DNA of 64,000 nucleotides from Octopus vulgaris. Lineage: Eukaryota. The DNA lies in the NCBI GenBank assembly GCA_951406725.2, contig OX597817.1:161076001-161140000 (forward strand), given 5' to 3'. Shown here one piece after another: positions 40,208-55,342 of the stretch (positions are counted from its first letter, which is position 1; every line of letters begins with the position of its first letter). The notes under the pieces were generated by a model. That model ran no database searches. It had not been told where the DNA came from and worked only from the letters and a program-made list of their open reading frames with translations. The translations under genes were made by a program, and so were the position numbers.

Positions 40208-40909
40208 TGGAAAAAAAATTCTACGTATTGTTGAAACGCACGTATCTAAGGAATAAATATATTGCGCTCCCAAATACCATTCTTGGACTACATGTGTGTG
40301 TGGGTGTGTGTATATATATATATATGTATATATATATATAAACTCGTCTGGAATCCGATAGGAGGCAGCACGTAAAAGGATACTATCATGCATAAATCCT
40401 CCCGTCCCACGAATGCCGAATAACTATAGAGTTCATGGATAGAACGCAATATTTAAAATAGTGTTGCAGTACTATGTTTAACACCCAAATAGATGCAAAT
40501 AATATATTAGAGAGAAAAACACTTGAGGTTCGAACATTAAGTCTTTAAAGATTTGACATCAACTAAAAGAGAAAGATGTGAACTAGATTTTTCTCTCTCA
40601 GGAATCGAACCAGGCATTCACGACAGAGGCTGTAGCTGTGTTTATATGGATTAAAAAATATCAACTGTTTACGTTTTAGATAATTACTATATTAATAGTT
40701 ATATAATTACTATATAATACGTTGTTTATAGCAAACAGGAGGAGAAGTGCTTAATATAGGGTATTGGGGGTATAATTTTATTAGTTCGGCTGATTCCTTG
40801 TGATGCCGGTTTTTTTTTTTGCGATTCCTCGATCGATTTAGACTGCAAGTGCTGAGATGTATTGATTGCGCGCGCGCCGCACACACAGGAGTACATACTG
40901 ACGTATATG

Positions 40910-40938
40910 CATATATATATGTACATACACACAAACAT

Positions 40939-40983
<45 letters not shown>

Positions 40984-41303
40984 AGATAGATAGATAGATA
41001 GATAGATACACACGTATGTGTGCATATATAGATATATGTATCTATCTATACACGTATTTGTATGTGTGTGTAGGTATGTATATATAAATGTATAGTGTGT
41101 TTGTGTGTTTACAAATATATATATGTACATATATATATATATGCGTGTATACACACACATACGTATATACACATATATATGTATACTTGTGTGTGTGTAT
41201 ATATATATATGTATATACGTATATGTATGTATATGTATATGTACGTATATGTATATATGCGTATATGTATATATGCGTATATGTATATATGCGTATATGT
41301 ATG

Positions 41304-41355
<52 letters not shown>

Positions 41356-41372
41356 CATACGTGTATACACAT

Positions 41373-41415
<43 letters not shown>
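40910..41415. repeat. Compound TA/GA/GATA/TG microsatellite
   Basis: Direct inspection. Confidence 0.93.
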
Positions 41416-41417
<2 letters not shown>

Positions 41418-41611
41418 TTATATGGCAAGCGGCTTTATTAAGGCCGTGCTAAAAGTGAAACGACTGCATCGCAGAAGAATCACGTTAGCTATTTTTAACA
41501 CACACATGATATACCGTTATTCAATTTTACTTGACACTTTGTGGGATTATACAGTGTCCCATATTTTCGCTGCACATCTCCGACTTGAAAGTCACACGAA
41601 TTAGCAGGTGT

Positions 41612-41645
<34 letters not shown>

Positions 41646-42002
41646 CATGCTTGGGCACCATGTTATTGATGAGATTGTTAAATTATTTAATTTAATTTCT
41701 AAAGCTCTACCGTCCGTGTTTGATTTTTAAACTTTTCAGTGAGTGTGTTGAACAAAACTATTTTCATTAATGTTTCTTGTTTAGATATGGGTGAATCTGT
41801 TGTCTCAAATGATAAATAAAATATTGCCAGTTTTTCTGGGGTTTTCTTGTTTTTTTTTTTTTAATACATCCAGATCTACCGCTCGTAAATCTTGTTTTAT
41901 TTTTTTAGTATTCAAAAGTTGTGAACCTTTGACACGTATATTTGCATCCATACATATATCTACCACACCCACACACACAAGTATCGTTGTAAGAAATAAA
42001 GG

Positions 42003-42003
<1 letters not shown>

Positions 42004-42064
<61 letters not shown>

Positions 42065-42097
42065 CATAGATAGGAAGACAGACAGTTAGATAGGCAG

Positions 42098-42143
<46 letters not shown>

Positions 42144-42370
42144 GCAGTTAGATAGGCAGTTACATAGATAGATAGATAGGCAGTTAGATAGGCAGTTACA
42201 TAGACAGATAGTTAGGCAGACAGACAGTTAGATACGCAGAGATAGATAGATAGATAGATAGCACATAGATAGATAGATAGGAAGACAGACAGTTAGATAG
42301 GCAGACAGAGATAGATAGATATATAGGCAGTTAGATAGGCAGTTACATAGACAGATAGTTAGATAGGCAG

Positions 42371-42412
<42 letters not shown>

Positions 42413-42520
42413 GCAGTTACATAGACAGATAGTTAGATAGGCAGAGATAGATAGACACATGGTTGGATAGACACAGACAGAGAGATAGATGGATGGTTAG
42501 ACAGACGTATAGATAGATGC
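42004..42520. repeat. (GATA)n array with higher-order GGCAGTTA(C/G)ATA variants
   Basis: Direct inspection. Confidence 0.93.
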
Positions 42521-42834
42521 ATATGTGGACTATTACGTCTCGATAGGACACATTACATAAAATTAACTATCGTCTCATGTTTGTAGTATTATTTCCACAT
42601 CCTACGAGGTGTCTATATAATAGTAATGATAAATTACGTCGTGCCTTTTACCGACCGAACAACGAAAATATGGGACACTTTTACTGTATTATAATCCTAC
42701 AAAGTGTCAAGTAAAAACGAATACACATATAACGGTATATGTGTAATGTTAAAAATAGGTATCGTGTTCTTCCGCGGTGCAGTTGTTTCACTTTTAGCAC
42801 ACGGTCTTAATGAAGTCACTTGCCATAGAAATCA

Positions 42835-42961
<127 letters not shown>

Positions 42962-43137
42962 CAATAAAAAAGGGTAGAATTAATTGAATATTAATTAATT
43001 CGACCGAGCAGTTATTTCTGAGTATGCATTGTCTGGGAGACTTTTTCTTGCAGTTGAAGAAATAGCCAAATTTTTGGCTGCTATTTCTAAAAAGTTCGGT
43101 GTGTGGTGAAGTAAATTATTTTACTTTACCCTATTTT

Positions 43138-43184
<47 letters not shown>

Positions 43185-44334
43185 CATACAGGCATACATA
43201 CATATACCCCAGGGCAGCCTTCGACTTTCTATGCAGAGGATTTTTAATCCGATATTTATACGTTATTATTTTTAACTTTATCTTCTTCGAGATCCACTAT
43301 TCTATAAAGAAGTACACACACACGCACACACACACACACACGCGCGCGCGAGATACGTGGTGTGCAGATTGCAGATATATATTCTTCATTCTTTTATACT
43401 ATCATCAATTTCTACATAAATGAATGAATGAAATTTTTTTGTTGTCTTGTTGCTTTCTTTAAACCTACTGGGAGTTCCCATAGCAATTCGTAAGCTCTTT
43501 CTCCGCATCAATCCTTTCTTTCATTTTCATTTGTACTTATTAAATATTTTCTTTGTGGCGGGATGTTGTACTCTTCATTTGATTCTTATATTTTTTCGAT
43601 CTTTCTACTTTTTCTCTTATTTATTTATCTTTCACGTTCTCGCCTTTTTTTTCCCCCTTTCATTATTTTCTTTCCTTCACATTTTCCTTTCTTCACTCCT
43701 TGAAGGGGGGTTCTTTTATTTCAATTCTTTCCTTGCATTCATTCTTTTCCTTTTATTTCGTTTCCTTCTTTTTTTTCTTTGCCATTCCTATTTCTTTATT
43801 CTTTTCGAGTCTTTCATCTGCTTCTTCCTTTCGTTCTTATTTCCTTCCTTCTCTCTCCATTCTTCCCATCTTTCCGCTTCTTTCATTTCTATTCTTTTCC
43901 TTTCCTTACATTCCTTCCCTTTTCTTCTTGAATTCTTCTCCACATATTCCTGCATACATTTACCGTTTCTCTTTTCATTCCCGCCTTCTCGTTCGTGTTT
44001 CCCAAGAGGTGGCGGCAGTGTATAAGTGTAAATTGTCGCCCTAGTCTTTGCAGTTGCACTAGACTGCAGTGTCGGCATTTGACATCGTGTCAAGACGTTC
44101 TGTCGACTTCGGGCGTCTTTACAGCGGACAGAATTTTGCTTGAATGTAACCATAGACGTATGTTGTATGGAAGTTAGGATGTAGAGGATGAGGTGATGTC
44201 TGCCGATAATGTGTAGTAACAGTTTTGTTGATAGGGTCGTCTTGTACTCTGATATCACTTCTACTCAAAGGCTTGAGTACGTGTGTGTGTTTTCGATTCT
44301 TTCGCGCAGACATTTAGATTTGTATATCTATCTG

Positions 44335-44393
<59 letters not shown>

Positions 44394-44399
44394 GTCTAC

Positions 44400-44482
<83 letters not shown>

Positions 44483-45077
44483 TATATAATGTCTGTCTCT
44501 AATGAATAAACATAATGTATGTCTTAATGTTTGGGAATCTGTGTGAGCATTATATAAATTTATATATATTCACACACAGATATAAGTAGGTTTAAATTAA
44601 ATCGGTTTTCCGTCGGCTTCGACGGTGAATATTCCAGCTCGATCAACAGAGCTTTCCTAGTCATTCATGGAAATTATTTTCTAAGTAGCTAAGTGTTCTG
44701 TGAATGCATGTTGTACACTTAGGGTCAGCGTGACAGACATAGTGAGGAACGGAGCTGGACCTTTGAGTTAGATATAAATATCCATCTTGAGTGTAGCTTT
44801 CATAGCTTTCGTCTTCTCATTTTTTACTCACAGGACTTAGGTCAATCCGAGGCTTATAGTGAAAGATAATGGCTAAAGGGTCGCGTAGGGAGAGATCGAA
44901 GTCGGATGCTCATGATCGCGAAACGAACTTTTTTAACCGTATCGGCCACACGCACACAAATGGCGAGTGTGGAGGGTGGCCGTAGGTAGTCCCGCTTTAA
45001 TTCGGGAATACGGGTATTTTTTTTTTTTGATTTCTGTCTCTCGTTCTTTCCCTCACCCCTCTCTCCCTCTATCTATC

Positions 45078-45492
45078 TACATACATACATACATACACAC
45101 ATACATACATACACACACACACACATACATACACACACATACACACACACACATACACACACACACATACATACACACACATACATACATACATACATAC
45201 GCACATACATACATACATACACACATACACACACACATACATACACACACATACGCACACACACATACATACACACACACATACATACATACATACATAC
45301 ACACACACACATACACACACACATACATACACACACACACATACATACACACACATACATACATACATACATACATACGCACATACATACATACACACAT
45401 ACACATACATATACACATACACACATACATACACACATACGCACATACATACATACATACATACATACATACATACATACATACATACATAC
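45078..45492. repeat. (CATA)n/(CA)n compound microsatellite
   Basis: Direct inspection. Confidence 0.95.
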
Positions 45493-45624
45493 GAGATATT
45501 TCTCAACGTATGACACTATATTAATAGCAATTAAAGACATGTCTTATGTCCTTCCTTAAATTATATTTATCTCTCACCAGATAGAATTCTTAGTTTTGTT
45601 GAATTTTCTATCAAGGAACAGTAC

Positions 45625-45673
<49 letters not shown>

Positions 45674-45675
<2 letters not shown>

Positions 45676-45874
45676 TCTTTACTCTCTTACTTGTTTCAGT
45701 CATTTGACTGCGGCCATGCTGGAGCACCACCTTTAGTCGAGCAAATCGACCCCGGGGCTTATTCTTTCTAAGCCCAGTACTTATTCTATCGGTCACTTTT
45801 GCCGAACCGCTAAGTAACGGGGACATAAACGCACCAGCATCGGTTGTCAAGCAATGCTAGGGGGACAAACACAG

Positions 45875-45954
<80 letters not shown>

Positions 45955-46116
45955 GACAGGCTTCTTTCAGCTTCCGTCTACCAAATCCACTCACAAGGCA
46001 TTGGTCGGCCCGGGGCTATAGCAGAAGACACTTGCCCAAGACGCCACGCAATGGGACTTAACCCGGAACCATGTGGTTCGTTAGCAAGCTACTTACCACA
46101 CAGCCACTCCTGCGCC
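45674..46116 (-). mobile_element. SINE family A
   Basis: Full-length reverse copy. Confidence 0.9.
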
Positions 46117-46281
46117 TTATATATACATATATAATCTTACGGACGCTAACGAGTTGAAACTTCAAAGTTACTAATACCCTTCTTGCAAAAGTTTAACAAA
46201 TACTCTACTAAAAAGTATTGAGTAACCCTACAGTTTAACGATAAATCGTATGTATAACTTGACATAGAAACAAACATTACC

Positions 46282-46480
46282 TATTTCTTTATTACCCACA
46301 AGGGGCTAAACATAGAGGGGACAAACAAGGACAGACATAGGTATTAAGTCGATTACATCGACCCCAGTGCGTAACTGGTACTTAATTTATCGACCCCGAA
46401 AGGAATAAAGGCAAAGTCAACCTCGGCGGAATTTGAACTTACAACGTAACGACAGACGAAATACCGCTAAGCATTTCATT
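46282..46480 (-). mobile_element. SINE family C, 5' truncated
   Basis: TSD ACAAACATTACC. A shorter truncated copy lies at ~30650-30760 with TSD CACCAATACC. Confidence 0.85.
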
Positions 46481-47076
46481 ACAAACATTACCGCACACAT
46501 ACACACGCGCACACACACACACATACACACAGATGTATGTCTCGTTTTACACTCCTCTGTGAACGAGTTGTTTTCTGCTTGTCTACATACATTTTTGCTC
46601 ACTATCTCGGTCACATTTCGCATATACGCCCGTTCAAACACACAACTTCAATTTCCACATCTGGATACACACCTATATGTAATATAGGCTCTCTCACACT
46701 GATGGGTGTGTGTCTATGTGTGTGTGTATGTATATATACGTATATGGATATATATATATGTATATATGTGTGTGTATATAAATATATATATATGTGTGTA
46801 TATATATGGCGGTGCCCCAGCATGGCCACAGCTCAAGAGCTGAAACTGGAAGACATAAACAAACATATGTATATATGTATATATATATATGTGTGTATAT
46901 ATATATATATGTGTGTGTATATATATATATGTATGTATATATATGGTATATGTGTGTATATGTATATATGTATGTATATATATGGTATAATAGTATATGT
47001 GTGTGTGTGTATATATATATATGGTATATGTATGTGTATATATATATATATGTGTGTGTGTGTGTATGTATGTATA

Positions 47077-47756
47077 TATCCTGGATCTTAAGAACCCTCC
47101 GGTCCAGAGAACAAGGTGTCATCATTCTACTTTTCTCCTCCTTTGTACGGTCACACATCGAATACTGCTGCCTCTTGTGATCTCCCCATACAAAACAAAA
47201 CATCTCGAAAATTGAATCACCCCAGAGGGCACTCACTAAACGAATTGAAGGCATGACTGATCTCGATTACTGGGACCGCCTTAAAGCCTTGAAACTCAAC
47301 TCTCTCCAGCGTCGCCGCGAGCGGTACATCATTTGCACGACGCGGAGAATATACCGCCAGCGTTGCCCAAATGACCTGAACATTAGTTTCAAGGTTCATC
47401 CAAGCCTGGGACCACGGGCCATACGTCTGCTGCCCAATTCAAGATTACAACATATACGTACACTGCGACACAATTTCTTTTCCTCAACAGGCCCTTCTCT
47501 GTTTAACATTGTCCCAAAACTGATCAAAGATCAAAAAGATCTCATCACCTTTAAACGGGGTCTGGACAAATTTCTTCAAGGAATACCAGATAAACCACCC
47601 ATACCTGGATGCAACTCACTCAACAAGAACTCACTACGTGAATGGATAATAATACCACAAAACTTGACATAAAAAGGATTTAGATAATCCTATCAGATGG
47701 TGCTGTTAAGTTAGACATGGCCTGGACCAATCTTTGGTCGAAACATATCAAAGTTT

Positions 47757-47757
<1 letters not shown>
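47077..47757 (+). mobile_element. 5'-truncated CR1-group LINE (second family), ORF2 C-terminus
   Basis: WILRTLRSR...[14 protein letters not shown]; [31 protein letters not shown]...GPSLFNIVPK...FKRGLDKFL..IPDKP. Confidence 0.88.
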
Positions 47758-47788
<31 letters not shown>

Positions 47789-48711
47789 TGTTTGTATGTA
47801 TGTATGTATGTATGTATGTATGTATGTATGTATGTATGTATGTGCATATGTGTATGTATGTATATATGTATGTATATGTATATATATGTGTATATATATA
47901 TATATGTGTGTATATATATATGTGTGTATATATTTATATATATATGTGTGTATATATTTATATATATATGTGTGTATATATTTATATATATATATGTATA
48001 CATATGTATATATATATATACACATATATATATACATATATATGTATACATATGTATATATATATATATATATATATACATATATATGTATACATATGTA
48101 TATATATATATATATATATATACATATATATGTATACATATGTATATGTATACATATATATATACATATATATGTATACATATGTATATATATATATATA
48201 TATATATACATATATATACATGCATATGTATACATATGTATATATATGTATACATATGTATATATATGTATACATATGTATATATATATATGTATACATA
48301 TGTATATATATATGTATACAAATGTATATATATGTATGTATACATATGTGTATATATGTATACATATGTATATATGTATATATATGTATACCTATGTATA
48401 TGTATATATGTATATGTATGTATATATATATGTATGTATGTATATATATGTATATATATATATGTATGTATATATATATATATGTATATATGTATATAAA
48501 TATATATATATATGTATATATGTATATAAATATATATATGTATATATGTATATAAATATATATATGTATATAAATATATATATGTATATATATATATATG
48601 TATATATGTATATAAATATATATATGTATATATGTATATAAATATATGTATGTATATATATTATATATAAATATATATATATATAAATATATATGTATAC
48701 ATATATATATA

Positions 48712-48747
<36 letters not shown>

Positions 48748-48778
48748 CATACACACACACATATACACACACACACAC
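47757..48778. repeat. ~1-kb AT-rich compound microsatellite (TATG, TA, TATACATATG units)
   Basis: Direct inspection. Confidence 0.95.
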
Positions 48779-49334
48779 TCAAATATGCATTCAGTGTATT
48801 TCTGCTCTCACTCTAGTAAACATATATATAGTAAACACAGAATAGATGTAGCCTAAGAAAGACTTTCACTTATTTGTAATTATATGTGTCATATCGATCT
48901 GTATTCTTGCCTTTATCTGTGAACGCTCACATACAGTTATACTTTTTATATTACCATGTTTATACGTATTGGACATACAAATGTAATGTGTATGTATTTA
49001 TTATGTACGATTATTCTTCGTCGACATACTCTAACAAACGTATCTCGGAGACAGGCTCTTCTCTGTCTATCCATCCATCTTTTCATGCATGCATACGTAT
49101 TTGTCTACAAATTGTCTTGTCAGAAAAAACAGGCGCTCATATACTGGTGGATAATAGAGTGGGGATATTATTAATAATATAATGAAATATATTCTTATAT
49201 CAGCCTTTTTGATGATTGCCAAGATTATCTCAACTCCTTGTATGGAACTGATTGGTAAATTGACTCATATGAGAATATAATATTGTGTTTAATTAATGAT
49301 GATGATGAAGATTATAATATCTGTCTGTCTATCT

Positions 49335-49403
<69 letters not shown>

Positions 49404-49669
49404 AACGGTAAAGACTCCCTTCGGTGAGGAATGACCATGGTATTGCACCTTGGAAGTTCCCCTCGGAGGCACAAGTCCGAACAAGTTTGTTTTATGGAAG
49501 ACCAACAGTCACTAATGCATACCATCGTCCCCTGTCTAGGTCACCCCCTCTCGGGCATTATATGTTTAGGATTAACATCCAATGTGCAAACAATCAACAC
49601 CAGTTGTCAAGCTGTGGTGGAAGACAAAGACAAACACTCGCATGACAGGCTTCCACAAGTTTCCGCTTG

Positions 49670-49936
49670 GTGGAGGCACATGGCCTAGTGGTTAGAGAAG
49701 CGGACTCGCAGTCGAGGGATCGCGGGTTCGAATCTCAGACCGGGCGATGTGTGTGTTTATGAGCGAAACCCCTAAGCTTCACGCGACTCCGACAGAAGGT
49801 AATGGTGAACTTCTGCTGACTCTTTCGCCACAACTTTCTCTCACTCTTTCCTCCTGCATCTTGCAGCTCACCTGCGACGGACCGGCGTCCCGTCCAGATG
49901 GGGAACCTATACGCCAAGGAAACTGGGAACTGGGAA
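49670..49936 (+). mobile_element. SINE family F (tail type ii)
   Basis: Imperfect TSD ACAAGTTT(C/T)CGC; nested in an old family-A copy. Confidence 0.87.
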
Positions 49937-50048
49937 ACAAGTTTTCGCCTATCAAATTCACTTACAAGGCATTGGTCAGCTCGGAGCTATAGTAAAAGAC
50001 AGTTGTCCAAGGTACCACTGAATCCGAAACCAGCTGGTTGCAAAACGA

Positions 50049-50356
50049 AGATGGTTTGTTCCTTCTCGAGCCACGCCTGGCTCATAAGGGCCGGTTTCCC
50101 GGTTTCCTTTGTGTATAGGTTCCCCACCTGGACGGGACGCCGGTCCGTCGCAGGTGAGCTACAAAATGCAGGAGGAAAGAGTGAGAGAAAGTTGTGGCGA
50201 AAGAGTCAGCAGAAGTTTGCCATTACCTTCCGCCGGAGCCGCGTGGAGCTTAGGTGTTTCACTCATAAACACACGCATAGCCCGGTCTGAGATTCGAACA
50301 CGCGATCCCTCGACCGCAAATCCGCTGCTCTAACCACTATGCCATGTGCCTCCACA
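50049..50356 (-). mobile_element. SINE family F (tail type ii)
   Basis: TSD GCAAAACGA; inverted relative to 49670-49936. Confidence 0.88.
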
Positions 50357-50793
50357 GCAAAACGATCTCACCATGAGATCCACCACGAAGATTATTCAAA
50401 ATTCTCTTTCCGTAAAGTTTAATAATTTAGGGTCAAAATGACAAAATTCTTGTGGTATTGATTATTATTCCTTATGTTTTGATTATTCAAATCTCGCCAA
50501 GGTCATGTTTGCCTTTCACTTTCCGGCGTTGATAAAAAAAGTTCTCGTCTTGTTCATTCATCACTGATCCGCGACAACACGGTACGCTCAATTTGAACCA
50601 TGTTACACTTATTACGGATTGATCTGTCGTAACATGAGTCAGCGGCGATCAGTAATAGGTTCTGCTTGTACGGCAAAATCGCGTCCTATCGACCACCCAC
50701 AGTGCTCAGTTATCTAGAGTGCACCGACTATCGTTTGTTTTTACATTTCTGTGCTGCAAGTTGCATATTCTTTTATTCGGATTTACCTACCAG

Positions 50794-51210
50794 GGATCTT
50801 TTCGGTTTGAACGGCAGTTTTTTAAAATGATTTCCTCGTAACTAAACACTTTTAAACTTCGTATACTGGTAGAATGTGTTTATAAAACATCTTTTTCTCT
50901 CGGCTTTATTGAGAAAATTCTATAGTTTGTAAGATATTTGTTGTTTTTTCTTCTTCAATTTCTGCAATTTCAACCAATCAATGACGTCTATTGAGGTGAA
51001 AACATTCTGTGCCGTATGAATATGTCCCTCGTTTAAGAAACAGATTGGGTTTATTTACATTTCTGAAGAAAAAAGATACCCTTCCCCCACCCCCAACCTT
51101 AACCCTAAAACAGATTGAAATGTAAATAGATCAATACTAGAGTCATAATTATGGGTGACAATTTCATATGACACCGCTAGAAAAAACTGCCGTTCAAACC
51201 GAAAAGATCC
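50794..51210. mobile_element. Non-autonomous DNA transposon with 30-bp TIRs and 8-bp TSD (superfamily unresolved)
   Basis: TIR GGATCTTTTCGGTTTGAACGGCAGTTTTTT perfect at both ends; TSD CCTACCAG. Confidence 0.92.
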
Positions 51211-52213
51211 CCTACCAGTACCTACCAACATGGAACCAATAAAAAAAACCCACTAAACTACCCGATCCTAACAAATAATGCAGACGTATGTATTTTCTAC
51301 AGAAAACGGTGGAGATGATCCAAAAAATCCGTGGCGGTGGAAGCTTTGCTGCTTTGGACTGCAAGTTTGATGTCAATGAATCTATCTATTCATTCCATTT
51401 ATAAAGGGCATGGGGACGATTCATTTATCACTGCCTCTTTGGCACCAAAATCCCGTGATAAACGAGGATAGATGTAGTGTGTTGATTTATATTCCGATAA
51501 TGGTTCGTAGATGTGAATGAAATTATAATACAAAGATTAAAACAAATGTTTTCATTGAAAACATATTTTTAGTGCAAACATAAATAGAATATGGAAAAAA
51601 GGATTTAAAAAAACAAGAGAACGCCGCTAATATTTTCTGTATATACGCGCCAGCTCTTTGTTTCAACATAATCATTTATAATTTCCTTTGTTTTCGTAGC
51701 AATAATTTTGTTTTTGCGTACATCAACAAAAACACAATAATGAAAAATTACTATGTGAATTTCTGATAACGGAAAACTGCCGAAACGAATTCATCATCCG
51801 ACAAACGGTTTTAACCTTTTTTTTTTTTTTTTTTTTTATCCTTTCACTATCAGTGGATGAATTTTATGAGATGACAACATCTTTAGGTTCCCTGAATATG
51901 TCGATTTGTGTTGCCTCACTTTAAAGTGACTTTTTGAAAAATGTATAAATAAGATTGCATATCTCTTCTGCTTTTCTTGGGTGCAGTTTTCCGAATCTAT
52001 AGTTATTACCGTAAATCAGTGTGACTGATCTTATTTTCTTGACATATTTTTGATTTGTAACCATACAATGAACTGTTCATGCAGCTAAAAATACAATATG
52101 TGTGTGTGTAATGAATACATATACATAAATACATATATGTATTTGTTTTTGTATTCATGTATATATATATATAATAATAATAATAATAATTGTGTACAGT
52201 GCTCAGCTGCACT

Positions 52214-52279
<66 letters not shown>

Positions 52280-52282
<3 letters not shown>

Positions 52283-52563
52283 GAGGCGCAATGGCCTAGT
52301 GGTTAGGGCAGCGGACTCGCGGTCGCAGGATCGCGGTTTCGTTGTGAGTGTTTATTGAGCGAAAACACCTAAAGGTTCCACGAGGCTCCGGCAGGGGGTG
52401 GTGATCCCTGCTGTACTCTTTCACCACTCTTTCTCCCACTCTTTCTTCTGTTGGCCTGCTCGCTTAGCTAGCGGGGTGGCGTCATTCGAAGGCTAAAACA
52501 ATGCGAACGCATTGTGACCAGCGATGTGTAACAACATCTGATGGTCTGGTCGGTCACGTGATG

Positions 52564-52569
<6 letters not shown>
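52280..52569 (+). mobile_element. SINE family F (tail type iii)
   Basis: F head joined to a distinct tail ending GGTCACGTGATGACGTGA before (TA)n. Confidence 0.8.
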
Positions 52570-52605
<36 letters not shown>

Positions 52606-52609
52606 TATA

Positions 52610-52935
52610 AGGAGCACTCCGTCGGTTACGACGACGAGGGTCCCAGCTGATACGATCAACGGAACAGCTTGCTCATGAAATTAACGTGCAAGTGGCTGAG
52701 CACTCCACAGACACGTGTACACTTAACGTAGTTCTCAGGGCGATTAAGCGTGACACAGAGTGTGACAAGGCTGGCCCTTTGAAATACAGGTACTACTTAT
52801 TTTTGCCAGCTGAGTGGATTGGAGCAACGTGAAATAAAGTGTTTTGCTTAAGGACACAACGCGTCGCCGGGAATTGAACTCACGACCTTACGATCGTGAA
52901 CCGAATGCCCCTAACCACTAAGCCACGCGCCTTCA
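52610..52935 (-). mobile_element. SINE family E
   Basis: Matches 22386-22710 and 61348-61678. Confidence 0.88.
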
Positions 52936-52991
52936 CACACACATGTGTGTGAGTGTGTGTACAAATATGTATATATGTGTGTATGTATTTG

Positions 52992-53910
52992 GAGGTGAAT
53001 TTGAAGGCAAGAAGAATTGCTAACAATCTTAAAGTTAGTGATAGGATAGAATATCCCCCCATGTCATCCTTTTATTATCCTAAAAGACCATAAAGCTAAT
53101 TTTAATAGAAACCCTAAATGTAGACTGATTAATCCTGCTAAAACGGAAATAGGTATTATTAGCAAATATATTTTAGATCGTATTTTAAGCAAGTTAGATA
53201 GTGAATTAAATTTACGGGTTTGGAAAAATAGCATGTCAATGATAGAGTGGTTTAAAGGGATTAACCATAAGCATAACTGCAAATTTACACAGTTTGATAT
53301 TGTTGACTGTTACCCATCAATACCTAGGCCTTTGCTTCTAAAAGTACTAGACTTCACCAAGCATTGTGTCACCATCGATGACTCGGAAATAGATATTATC
53401 CTGCATGCAAAGAAATCTCTTCTTTTTAACTAGGATTCTACCCGGGTCAAAAAGAGTAAGGATTCTCTTTTCGATGTACCGATGGGGGCATATGATGGGG
53501 CAAAGTTATGTGTGCTTATAGGAGCTTATATTTTTGATAATCTAAATCTAGGATTCCCTTGTATAGACGCAGGATTATACAGGGATGACAGGTTTATTGT
53601 CACCCATAATTTAAACGGTCATGAGTTAGATAAACTTAAGAAGAATCTGATTGATTTCTTCCAAAATATGGGCTTACGGATTACAATAGAAAGTAATCTT
53701 AAAAGCGTTGATTTTTTTTAGATATCAACTTAGATTAACAGTTAAATAAATTTAAACCCCACTGTAAGCACAATGAAAAGCTAAGTTATATTAGCAAAGA
53801 ATCTAACCATCCACCTGTAATTCTTAGTAACCTAGTTAGTAGTGTAGGAAGGCGAATATCATTAATTTCTTCGAGTGAGACAGCATTTCAAAATGCTGCG
53901 CATTTTATAT
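52992..53910 (+). mobile_element. Penelope-like element reverse transcriptase pseudogene fragment
   Basis: IANNLKVSDRIE / LKDHKANF..NPKCRLINPAK.EIG.ISK.ILD, WKN, FDIVDCYPSI, FDVPMGAYDGA, GLYRDD, SNHPP; one TAG stop and frameshifts. Confidence 0.9.
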
Positions 53911-55049
53911 TATTTTACACGCCTATTTAATTAAGTTACATCAAATTAATATACATTTCATTATTTCATATATATTTTTTATTTTTTGCATTTTAATAAT
54001 ATACACACCGGGTAGCATTTGAAAAATTGTATATACGTTTTGATTAGATATGTCCCAATATATTTATATTTATGTGTATATATGTATTGTAGGTATGTGT
54101 GTAAGTATACGTGTATGTATATACATATATACGTATATACTTTTATTTACGTGAGCATGTAAATGCGTAAATATTTTTGTATATTTGTATACGTATCCAT
54201 ACATATGTATATTTGTATGTATATCTATACTAATGTAGATATATATATATATGTAATTTTATGTGTGCGTTCGTTGCGCCAACTATTTGAAGTATCTAAT
54301 CCTGTTTGCTGCTTGCAAGCGCTCTATATCCCTATCTCCACCCCTTCTCTCGCTAGTTTTCTGTTTCGCTTCCCTTTTTCTTCTTATCCGATGTTCTTCC
54401 TCCTCTCCATGCTTAATGTTTACCTTTACTTTCTTTCGCCTGTAACAACTAACTTGTAATAAGCATACGCCAGGAGATTTTGTACGCGTGCATGTGTGCG
54501 TACACACACACACACACACACACACAAAATATATATATACATTTATATATATTTATGTCTCGCCTCGTCTGCCGTTACGTTCTGAGTTCAAATTCCGCCG
54601 AGGTCGACTTTGCCTTTCATTCTTTCGGGGTCGATAAATTAAGTACCAGTTACGCACTGGGGTCGATATAATCGACTTAATCCGTTCGTCTGTCCTTGTT
54701 TGTCCCCTCTGTGTTTAGCCCCTTGTGGGTAGTAAAGAAATATATAGATGTCTATATATGTATATACCTATGTACATGCGTTTGTGCGTTTTAGTGTATA
54801 TATGTATTTTATAGATGGTTTAGTATGTACATATACTGCTAAATGTATATGTAATCCTACGTGAAAATTTTAAATTTTTAAACGGATATAATTTTTAATG
54901 TATTGATTTATATTTTACAAATAATTATTTACCCAATGTATTTAGACTGTACTTTTATAAGCTTTTTTTTATTTAAGGTTTTCTACGATTGCCGGGTCAT
55001 AGTGCTAGTGCATGCATATACAGCTGCGTGCGTGCGCACATACACGCGA

Positions 55050-55342
55050 GTACTGTCCAAATCTCCGACCAATAACATACAGCTAGCTGGCATTCAATTG
55101 GCGTATCAAGTTTCGGGCATTTTGATTGGGTTTTGGATAGCAAATTCACAAAAAAGTCACTTCTATTGATTTTTTAATGGCTCTGCGGGGTGACTGGGGA
55201 AATGTAAAGATGTGCACGACCACCCTTGGACGGTTTTGAATGATCATAGAAAGTGCGAGCCCTCTAACTGAAAAATTGTGGATTTGTATAAAGGACACAC
55301 ACACACACACACAGACATTTTGCCGTTTATATATATAGAGAT
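55050..55342 (+). mobile_element. Possible non-autonomous Helitron/Helentron-like 3' fragment
   Basis: Ends ...GTATAAAGGA(CA)nGACATTTTGCCGTTTATATATATAGAGAT, a layout recalled from such elements; no coding evidence. Confidence 0.4.

Noticed and set aside
51291-51365. Candidate ASAP exon 2 after TTTTCTACAG
   Set aside because: The required phase-0 frame gives KTVEMIQKIRGGGSF, unlike the ASAP BAR sequence.
53431-53433. In-frame stop in the Penelope-like RT as possible selenocysteine recoding
   Set aside because: The codon is TAG, not TGA, and the element also has frameshifts; ordinary decay.
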